Below are positions 28,836-35,959 of a stretch of 56,400 nt of DNA, in pieces. The notes under the pieces are model-generated. The model searched no databases and was not told the origin of the DNA. It worked only from the letters and a program-made list of their open reading frames with translations. Origin of the DNA: Candidatus Zixiibacteriota bacterium. GTDB lineage: Bacteria; Zixibacteria; MSB-5A5; GN15; PGXB01. Position numbers and translations under genes: made by a program. The stretch spans positions 1-56,400 of the forward strand of contig DAOUVS010000001.1 in the NCBI GenBank assembly GCA_030667525.1, given 5' to 3'. Numbering within the stretch: the stretch's first letter is position 1; every line of letters starts with the position of its first letter.

Positions 28836-30071
28836 ATGATAAAATTTGTAATTATATTTATTGGATTGTTACTGTTTTCAATTAATGGATTTGGCTCAGT
28901 TAACAACTGTATGAGTTGCCACCTTGATTTAGAAGATGAGGGCGGTAGTGCCTCCAAATTTGCAAAAGATATCCATTCGCAAAAAGGTTTAGGCTGTGCC
29001 GATTGTCATGGTGGTGATCCAACTTTGGATGATATGGATGATGTGCGCGATTCCAGGGGATTTCGCGGTGTGCCCAATCATCTGGAAGTCCCTGACTTCT
29101 GTGCGCGCTGTCATTCCGATGCCACCTACATGCATAATCATAATCCATCGTTGCCGGTAGATCAGTTGGCGAAATATAAGACCTCGATTCATGGCCAACT
29201 TTTATTTTCCGCAAAAGATAAAAAAGTAGCCAATTGTGTCTCGTGCCATTCGGTTCATGAAATCGGTAATGGTCAGATGCCTTATTCCAGTACTCATCCG
29301 TCCAATTTGCCGGCCACCTGCGCGAAATGCCACTCCGATAAAGATTATATGGCTGAATACAAGATACCGACCGACCAATTTGAAAAATACAGTTCCTCGG
29401 TTCATGGTCAGGCGCTTCTCGAGCGAGGTGATCTCGGTGCACCGGCCTGTAACGATTGTCATGGAAACCATGGTGCTGCTCCTCCCGGAGTATCCTCACT
29501 GGCCGCGGTATGTGGTGTTTGTCATGCCCTTGAAGCTGAACTATTTGAGAAATCACCGCATGCCGATGCTTTTTTAGAAAATGATTTTCCGATGTGCGAA
29601 ACTTGTCATTCCAATCATGATATTGTAAAACCATCTGATAAAATGATAGGTACTGCCGAATCTTCTCTATGTACCGAGTGCCATGCTGCCGATGATGGCA
29701 CCATCGGGTTGCCAACCGCTGACAGCATCCTGACTTCGTTGAATAATCTTGTTTTGGCACATCTCAATGCTAAACAAAGTCTTGATGAGGCGATATTAAA
29801 AGGAATGATGACAACTAACGAAGAGTTTCTATTAAAAGAAGTTGACCAGTCGCTGATTCAGGCTCGGACTTTGATTCATTCTTTTGATATGGATTCGGTC
29901 GCTCCCAAAGCGATGGAAGGTATTGCTAAAGCTGATACGATCATCGTAAATTCAGCCGGGCTTATCGATGAGTATTATTTCCGGCGCAAAGGTTTGGCGG
30001 TTGCTACTCTGATAATTACATTTCTGGCCTTTATGTTATATCGAAAAATACGGAAAATCGAGCAGAAGTAA
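28836..30071 (+). CDS. Membrane-anchored nonahaem c-type cytochrome (c-subunit of the adjacent Rieske/cyt b complex)
   Basis: 411 aa with an N-terminal signal. I count 9 CxxCH. A C-terminal TM anchor reads GLAVATLIITFLAFMLY. It lies 12 nt after cytochrome b. Confidence 0.8.
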   Translation: MIKFVIIFIGLLLFSINGFGSVNNCMSCHLDLEDEGGSASKFAKDIHSQKGLGCADCHGGDPTLDDMDDVRDSRGFRGVPNHLEVPDFCARCHSDATYMHNHNPSLPVDQLAKYKTSIHGQLLFSAKDKKVANCVSCHSVHEIGNGQMPYSSTHPSNLPATCAKCHSDKDYMAEYKIPTDQFEKYSSSVHGQALLERGDLGAPACNDCHGNHGAAPPGVSSLAAVCGVCHALEAELFEKSPHADAFLENDFPMCETCHSNHDIVKPSDKMIGTAESSLCTECHAADDGTIGLPTADSILTSLNNLVLAHLNAKQSLDEAILKGMMTTNEEFLLKEVDQSLIQARTLIHSFDMDSVAPKAMEGIAKADTIIVNSAGLIDEYYFRRKGLAVATLIITFLAFMLYRKIRKIEQK

Positions 30072-30099
30072 CTCAAATCAAAATTCTCCAAATTGGCAA

Positions 30100-30133
30100 T
30101 AAAAAAAGCTGCCGGGATAAATATCCCGACAGC
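30100..30133 (-). terminator. Rho-independent terminator for the minus-strand barrel gene
   Basis: On the minus strand, stem gctgtcgggat / atcccggcagc (one mismatch) is followed by TTTTTTT (complement of 30101-30107). Confidence 0.7.
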
Positions 30134-30164
30134 CAACCTAAATGCATTAACATAGGAGAGAAAC

Positions 30165-32351
30165 TTAGAATACGAATCTAATGCCGGATCTAATCATAAA
30201 CATTGAACCGGATTCAATTCCATACACATACCCTTCGTTATCTTTCAATTCAGCATACTCACCATCTGCCGTCCAAACCACATCTTTTGAAAGCATATAT
30301 TCAAGTCCTAATGAGAAATTCATCAATTGATAATCGAGGTTTGAATAATCATGCATATGTAGAAATGTGAAATCCTGATGGCCAAGATCGGTGATATCAT
30401 TAATCTCGTCATAAAGACGATCGGTTATATCAGGGAAAATGACCTGATCCATCTCGGCGGTCGATTTATTGTAGCCAACCGTACCATGGAATTTCAGTTT
30501 AGGTGAATAAATATAAGATGTCGTAAGATAAAGATTCTGGGACTTGGTTTCATAATCAGACATGGCATAGGCAGAACCATAATGAACTGCTTGATATAGG
30601 TCGTCGACCGGATCGCTCACGGCGTCCGTATACATATGACCTGCTCAGCCATCGAACAGTGCAATGGCGACTGGTCCCCGCGATTTTTTAAACGCGTAAG
30701 AACCTCCAAACGATACGGCCAAATTCTGATTAAGATTAACATTTAAAGCCAGGCTTGGCTGCATCGAAAAATGACTAACATCAAGGGAATCGAGATCGTC
30801 GTTCTTATCATATTTCGCTTTAAATCCAAAATTCAGATTTACTTTATTATTAGGCCGCCAGCTGGAGGTCACATCAATAACATGTGCCTGCGTCGGAGCC
30901 GTTGTAATATCCTGATAGCGAAGAGCCTCCCTTTGCCAATAATACACAAAGGCTGTACCATCAACCGGATTTAAAACATCGCGGCCTCGTGCCTCAAATA
31001 AACCTTTGGCTGAGGTAAAAGGATTTGAAATACTCTCAAATCGATATTTGATTGATGCCGAATGTCTTAATCCTTTACGGAAGCGGATTTTCGCTTGACC
31101 AAACAGAGTTGTTGTGGCATCGGCATCTTCGGCGGGATAATACTCGCGATCAATCGACCGTAATCCAGCAGTAAAAGATGCTGTCAGTTTTCTGTTCAAT
31201 CTTGAGATAATCTCAACCGAACCTCGCAGATCGACTCTGTTTAGCGAAGAATATCGAGTGAAATCGAAATCCTTTGGCGTACTGGATTGTCCATCCCTAA
31301 AGAGAGGCAGATCAATAAAAGTACTATCAACTTCAAGTTTGGTGACGCTGAATTTTGCAATCAAGCGGGTAAGTTTAGCCAGCGATGTTGAATAAAAAGC
31401 AGAACCGCTAATTGCTGAGCTTGACAAATCGTTGTTTTTGTTGGTCGCCTTACTAAAACCGATTGAACTGCCATAACTGCTATTGCCAGCATCCCCTTTA
31501 TAAGTCACCTTGTGTGATAACTTCTCGGTTTTGGGATATACACCAACTGGCAAGTTCGCATCTTCATAAATCAATCGGGATTCAAATTCAGCGCCGGAAC
31601 CGCCATTGACCGGATGCCTGGCATCGTCAAAATGGCCAAAATTAGCAGGGGCTTTCGATTCAAAAGCGCGATAGTCAAATTGATAACCGACTGTACTTTT
31701 GCCAATATCGGCTTGCAGTCCTGCCATAATCTGATGAGTAATTTTGTCGATGGTGGCCGTGCTGGATGTTATATGGCAACTGAAGCAATGATTGCTGGCA
31801 AGATGTTGTTCTGTTCCGGTCTGTAAAACTGTCCGATGCGCCGCAATTAGTCTGATATTATTTTTCTTAGACAGCCTAAGATTAAAGTTACTTTCAACTT
31901 CTTTGCGGTGCACGTAATAGTCAGTACCCGGATCAAGGATTTCATGGGTCAGTATTTTACCACCACCAGCTTCTCTGGTTTCCAGGTTGGTTAGCAAATC
32001 CTGTTCGGCCTGTTTGTACATCGACCGATATTTAAAACCGGCAGAAAAACCATCGCCGATCCTGCTTGACATATCAGCCACGATATTATTCTCATCACGA
32101 TATTTGCCATTTAATGAGTAAATATGGTTGATGCCGCGTGATAGATAATCAATACTGAATTCAGGCAGGAATTCATCATCGCCATTTCTAAACTCGCCGA
32201 TTTTTTTTGTATAATCGGTAAAATCGGTATAACTGGAACCGACCCAAACCGAATATTTCTCGTCAATCGCATCTTCTTGACCCGATGCAACCATGAAGGT
32301 TAGCGCGATAAGAAGGAGGTTTTGAAGCGTAATTGTTAAAAATCTTTTCAT
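30165..32351 (-). pseudogene. MtrB/PioB-like decahaem-associated outer-membrane barrel, interrupted by one in-frame TGA
   Basis: The 568-aa ORF (30645-32351) and the 156-aa ORF (30165-30635) are in the same frame, separated only by TGA (30645-30647) and 3 codons (...ALFDG*AGHMYTDAV...). Combined, they make ~728 aa with a signal peptide. Beta-strand periodicity runs throughout and the protein ends ...IRSGIRFVF. The gene lies directly downstream of the decahaem gene, as in mtrAB/pioAB/mtoAB. Confidence 0.65.
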
Positions 32352-32360
32352 TATATCCTC

Positions 32361-33320
32361 CTATCTTGTCAGGGCATTGCCTGAAGTTGAAATTGTCTGA
32401 GACGGCATATCACTGCCATGAATCTCAGTATGACATTGAGTACATTTGGTCAATATACCGATTTTCCAGCCATCGACTGTTGTTGTACCTGCTCGTTCCG
32501 GCGCCTGAGGGTTTTCAAAATCGCCATCCCATCCTTCAACTGCGGCATGAAAATGCATCGCATGGCAATTGAGGCAAAGTGCCGGTTCTGTCTGGGTTAA
32601 AAGATTGTCCGCTACCGTTCCGTGCGGCGAATGACAAAGCATACAATCTTCATTAACCGGGGCATGTTCAAAAATGAATGGCCCCTCTTTTTCCGGATGA
32701 CAGCTAAAACATAATTCCCGGGTGGAGCTTTCGTGTGCAAAGGTCGCTTGTCCACCATGCGGATCATGGCAGTCAAGACAGCTCATGTTGCCCTCTTTTA
32801 GGGGATGATGCGATGGCATAAAGGCAGCGGCTTTGACATCAAGATGACATTCGGTGCAAAGATTATTAATCTTTCCGGTTGTCATTGCTTCATACTCAGA
32901 GTGAATGGAATGACAGCTTGAGCAATTCATGTCAGCGGCGTTATGGTCAGTCATCGCCCAATTACTAAAATTGTCAGTATTGTGACAATTTAAACAAGTT
33001 GACTTTCCATCAAACTGATCCTGTTTGGCCGGGTTAATGATCATAGCCGGATCCTGATTTTCGACATGTGCCGATCCCGGGCCATGACACGATTCACACG
33101 AATTTTCTGAGGCCTTACTCAGCAATGTACCATGCATGGTTTTTGCAAAATCGTTTCCCACATCCTCATGGCAATCCAGACATACGCTACTTCCTACAGA
33201 AACAGCGTCTGCCGGTGGCATCTTGGCTTTCACCGATGTCGATGATAAAACGATCATGCAAAAAAACATAACCATGGAGACCCCGAATAGAATTGACTGA
33301 GGTCTTGTTTGTTTTTTCAT
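32361..33320 (-). CDS. Periplasmic decahaem c-type cytochrome, MtrA/MtoA/PioA (DmsE) family
   Basis: 319 aa with a signal peptide. I count 10 CxxCH. The C-terminal CTQCHTEIHGSDMPSQ...GNALTR is typical of the family, and the size matches MtrA (~330 aa). Confidence 0.85.
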   Translation of the reverse strand: MKKQTRPQSILFGVSMVMFFCMIVLSSTSVKAKMPPADAVSVGSSVCLDCHEDVGNDFAKTMHGTLLSKASENSCESCHGPGSAHVENQDPAMIINPAKQDQFDGKSTCLNCHNTDNFSNWAMTDHNAADMNCSSCHSIHSEYEAMTTGKINNLCTECHLDVKAAAFMPSHHPLKEGNMSCLDCHDPHGGQATFAHESSTRELCFSCHPEKEGPFIFEHAPVNEDCMLCHSPHGTVADNLLTQTEPALCLNCHAMHFHAAVEGWDGDFENPQAPERAGTTTVDGWKIGILTKCTQCHTEIHGSDMPSQTISTSGNALTR

Positions 33321-33369
33321 CCTAGTCCTTTTCCCTTGTTTGTGGTTGGTTTAATATATAATTAATATT

Positions 33370-33984
33370 TTATTTTCTGAGTCCGCGTGCGAATATTGGT
33401 ACATTATTTTTCATGATTTCTTCCGGTTTAAAATCACCGCCCTGCATGCCTTTCCAAAGGTTGATGCCGAGAACGCACTCGGTAATCATGCCGGTAAAAC
33501 AATTGGCCGTTATTATAGGATTGATAGGCCTAATCAAATCATTTTTCTTAAGCCGTTCCAATGCTCTTCTGAGAATAGTTATATATGGAAGTCGTAAAGT
33601 ATTAACGATATTTTTTGTCAAGGTATGTTTTTTAAGAGAACAGAAAAGAAGGAGGCGGAATAACTCAGGATTTGATAAATAGATTTGAAATATATGTTTC
33701 GATATGGCAAAAAGAATTTCCTCGATATCATTTAGTTTTTCGATCTCCTTTGAAAGAGAGGAGGTATCGATTTTCTCCTTTAATGCTTTTAGGACTTCTG
33801 AAAACAGTTCTTCTTTTGAGGAGAAATATCTATATAAAGCCGGTTCGGAGATACCGCATGATTTGGCCAGTGAAGCGACCGTCGTTTTTTCATATCCTAA
33901 TTTTGAGAATGATTCAGTTGCTTTTTCAATAATCTGCTTTCGGCGCTCCGCAGAGGCCAATCTTTTTTGTTTTTTCTCAGTCAT
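33370..33984 (-). CDS. TetR/AcrR-family transcriptional regulator
   Basis: 204 aa. The N-terminal HTH reads RRKQIIEKATESFSKLGYEKTTVASLAKSCGISEPALYRYFSSKEELF. Confidence 0.9.
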   Translation of the reverse strand: MTEKKQKRLASAERRKQIIEKATESFSKLGYEKTTVASLAKSCGISEPALYRYFSSKEELFSEVLKALKEKIDTSSLSKEIEKLNDIEEILFAISKHIFQIYLSNPELFRLLLFCSLKKHTLTKNIVNTLRLPYITILRRALERLKKNDLIRPINPIITANCFTGMITECVLGINLWKGMQGGDFKPEEIMKNNVPIFARGLRK

Positions 33985-33994
33985 AATTAATCTT

Positions 33995-34023
33995 TAACTA
34001 CAAGTTAGTTATCGTTCACTAAC
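33995..34023. promoter_or_regulatory. Overlapping palindromes, candidate TetR operator
   Basis: taact-aca-agtta (33995-34007) and gttagt-N8-actaac (34004-34023), 11-40 nt upstream of the tetR start. Confidence 0.3.
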
Positions 34024-34155
34024 ATAATATATTTATAGATTTGTCACAGAATTGTCAAGAAAAAAAAGGGGAGAATGATATATTATTCACATTGGGGAAT
34101 AATTGGATATTTGATATAACTCAGTAACTTATTTTAAGGTATTTAGTTACGGAAA

Positions 34156-34188
34156 TAAAAAAAGGCGCCCGTTAACGGCGCCTTTTTT
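34156..34188. terminator. Bidirectional rho-independent terminator after the tetrahaem gene
   Basis: aaaaaaaa-GGCGCC-cgttaac-GGCGCC-tttttt: a GC stem with an A-run before and a T-run after. Confidence 0.85.
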
Positions 34189-34204
34189 AAAAGATATTGT
34201 TATC

Positions 34205-34714
34205 TTATCCCTTTTTTTCCTCAGCCTTTTTGGCCATTTCATGCGAGCCTTTTGTTTTCATTTTCTCGAAATCGAATTTTTCTTTGGCGCGGAATTTCTC
34301 GGGAACATTGTCATGACAGACTTTACAGGTCTTCTCATCCGGCATGATCAGACCGGCGGCTATTGCTTTCTCATGATCTTCCATTGTTGATTTTTTCTTA
34401 TAATCGGCTCCGGCGCCATGACAGGCTTCACACTGAACACCTTCCAATAATACACCCTTAGCGGTAGTTCCGGTCGTGTGACACTTGACACAATCCTTAT
34501 CCTTTTTCTCTTCGTCTGACAGAAGATCATAGACTTTGGCATGTTTGGACTCGGCCCATGAAGGATGAATGCCGTCTTTTTTGTGGCACATTTTACATTT
34601 CTTTTCGCCAACAAATTCATGTTTGGTTTTTGCTTCTTCGCCTGAAAATGCCAGACTGCCAAAAAGCAAAACGACGGCGAGAAGAGTGGTGAGGATAGTT
34701 ACTTTTTTTAACAT
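34205..34714 (-). CDS. Periplasmic tetrahaem c-type cytochrome
   Basis: 169 aa with a signal peptide. It has 4 CxxCH (CKMCH, CVKCH, CEACH, CKVCH) and a Lys-rich tail. Confidence 0.85.
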   Translation of the reverse strand: MLKKVTILTTLLAVVLLFGSLAFSGEEAKTKHEFVGEKKCKMCHKKDGIHPSWAESKHAKVYDLLSDEEKKDKDCVKCHTTGTTAKGVLLEGVQCEACHGAGADYKKKSTMEDHEKAIAAGLIMPDEKTCKVCHDNVPEKFRAKEKFDFEKMKTKGSHEMAKKAEEKKG

Positions 34715-34812
34715 TGATGAACCTCTTAAATTAATTATATATAATATCTTTATTGTCCTATATTAATTACCATATCATTTATACAAAAAAAAATGTCTTA
34801 TGGCAATTATTA

Positions 34813-34842
34813 TTTTGATTTTATACTACCTTAAAATCAAAA
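34813..34842. promoter_or_regulatory. 11-bp perfect inverted repeat in the divergent cytochrome/crcB intergenic region
   Basis: ttttgatttta-N8-taaaatcaaaa, ~100 nt upstream of the tetrahaem start codon. Confidence 0.3.
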
Positions 34843-35029
34843 ATAATCATCAACAGTTATGGCCATTTTTCTGTATCTTATTGCAAGTTATTGTTGGTCA
34901 GTATATTATAAGCTCTTGGTAAATAAATTTGTTAGATACTATTATTTTATAATAGATTGAAATAATTGTTTGATAGATACTAATACAGAAAAGTAATAAC
35001 ATGATGAATTACAAATTGGATTAATATCG

Positions 35030-35058
35030 TTGACTTTGTCTGGTGATAATCTTAGAAT
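35030..35058 (+). promoter_or_regulatory. Sigma70-like promoter for the crcB leader
   Basis: TTGACT (35030-35035), a 17-nt spacer, then TAGAAT (35053-35058). This predicts a ~70-nt leader. Confidence 0.55.
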
Positions 35059-35064
35059 GTTTTT

Positions 35065-35133
35065 TGCAGCTGGGGATGGAGTCTCTGGTTACCATCCTTG
35101 TTTGAATTACTTTTGATATGGAGAACTCCATAA
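35065..35133 (+). promoter_or_regulatory. Candidate fluoride riboswitch (crcB-motif RNA), translational type
   Basis: GGGGAUGGAGU (35072-35082) matches the conserved 5' core GGnGAUGGnGU of the crcB motif. ACUCCAU (35125-35131) is perfectly complementary to AUGGAGU and could form the pseudoknot. A second AUGGAG (35118-35123, containing the SD) competes for the same CUCCAU. The element lies directly upstream of crcB. The central part deviates from the consensus as I remember it. Confidence 0.5.
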
Positions 35134-35511
35134 ATGCTTCAGAAACTTGTCTGGCTTTCCATTGCCGGAGCTCTGGGAACACTTGCTCGTTATGGGTTGT
35201 CAGGTTATCTCAATAGAATTAACGGTGCCTCTTTTCCTTGGGGGACAGTTGCTGTCAATATAATTGGATGTCTTCTGGCCGGACTGGCTTGGGCGCTGTT
35301 TGAAAAAAGATGGCCTGTTTCGGTTGATATTCGGATGATTGTATTAATCGGTTTTATGGGTGCTTTCACCACCTTTTCGGCTGTGGTCTTAGATACCGGT
35401 GAGCTGCTCCGTTCAGCAGAGTGGATGCGAGCAGTGGCCAATGTTTTATTGCAAAACGGCGTCGGAATTATTGCTTTGTTTATTGGAGTGGCACTCGGAC
35501 GGTTAGCCTAA
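35134..35511 (+). CDS. crcB: Fluoride ion channel CrcB/FluC
   Basis: 125 aa with 4 TM helices. Motifs are GALGTLARY, GTVAVNIIGC and GFMGAFTTFS. Confidence 0.9.
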   Translation: MLQKLVWLSIAGALGTLARYGLSGYLNRINGASFPWGTVAVNIIGCLLAGLAWALFEKRWPVSVDIRMIVLIGFMGAFTTFSAVVLDTGELLRSAEWMRAVANVLLQNGVGIIALFIGVALGRLA

Positions 35512-35722
35512 ATTGGTATATGAAGGTGGTTGTTCTGCAAATTGTTAATATCACCGGCTATAATAGACATCCCGAATATTATTATAGTCAGTAATTATTT
35601 CAAATTATTTGTCTGTTTTGTGTGTGATTGTATCTTCTTCATACTATTGGAGTTGTCTTTTTAAATGTAGGATTTATCCCATACAACATGAGTCATTATG
35701 AAACGACGGTATCAAATATTAC

Positions 35723-35750
35723 TTGACAAAATGGACTTATTCTATATACT
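35723..35750 (+). promoter_or_regulatory. Possible promoter of the aromatic supraoperon leader
   Basis: TTGACA (35723-35728), a 16-nt spacer, then TATACT (35745-35750). It sits only ~7 nt before the leader ATG, so the leader ORF would be nearly leaderless. Confidence 0.35.
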
Positions 35751-35756
35751 ATTTCA

Positions 35757-35885
35757 ATGAGTAACAAAACCACATTTAAATCCATTGCGAATTTTTCCGA
35801 TAACTATTATTGGAATAGCTTTTATTTTTGGTGGTATCAATTGCCAAATGATAGTGGATTAAATGCTGTTATGGTTTCTCCCTAA
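35757..35885 (+). CDS. Aromatic-rich leader peptide of the trp/aro supraoperon (attenuation sensor)
   Basis: The 42-codon ORF MSNKTTFKSIANFSDNYYWNSFYFWWYQLPNDSGLNAVMVSP is too short for the ORF track. Codons 17-27 (35805-35837) are YYWNSFYFWWY, i.e. 9 of 11 aromatic, with tandem TGG TGG at 35829-35834. A terminator follows it, just before trpE. Confidence 0.7.
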   Translation: MSNKTTFKSIANFSDNYYWNSFYFWWYQLPNDSGLNAVMVSP

Positions 35886-35909
35886 CAAAAGAGAAAATAA
35901 ATTGTTTAA

Positions 35910-35943
35910 CCCGCTATCGTAAATCGATAGTGGGTTTTTTTTT
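35910..35943 (+). terminator. Attenuator terminator upstream of trpE
   Basis: Stem cccgctatcg / cgatagtggg (10 bp including one G-U) with loop taaat, followed by nine T. It ends 16 nt before the trpE ATG. The upstream segment gatagtgg (35850-35857) duplicates the 3' arm and can pair with the 5' arm as an antiterminator. Confidence 0.8.
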
Positions 35944-35959
35944 GGCATAAGAGGCAAAT

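Noticed and set aside
28900-29760. Long antisense ORFs inside the cytochrome genes: 286 aa at 28900-29760 minus, 202 aa at 23266-23874 minus, 176 aa at 22640-23170 minus and 137 aa at 26765-27178 minus.
   Set aside because: They lie entirely opposite strongly supported CDSs. They have low-complexity His/Arg-rich translations (mirror images of CxxCH-rich coding sequence) and no SD or signal features.
30645-30647. UGA recoding (genetic code 4/25) or selenocysteine at the in-frame TGA of the barrel gene.
   Set aside because: TGA terminates several well-aligned genes in this window (trpC at 39783-39785, aroK at 48486-48488, aroH at 42797-42799, aroB). I see no convincing SECIS-like hairpin immediately downstream, and selenocysteine in a porin has no precedent that I know of.
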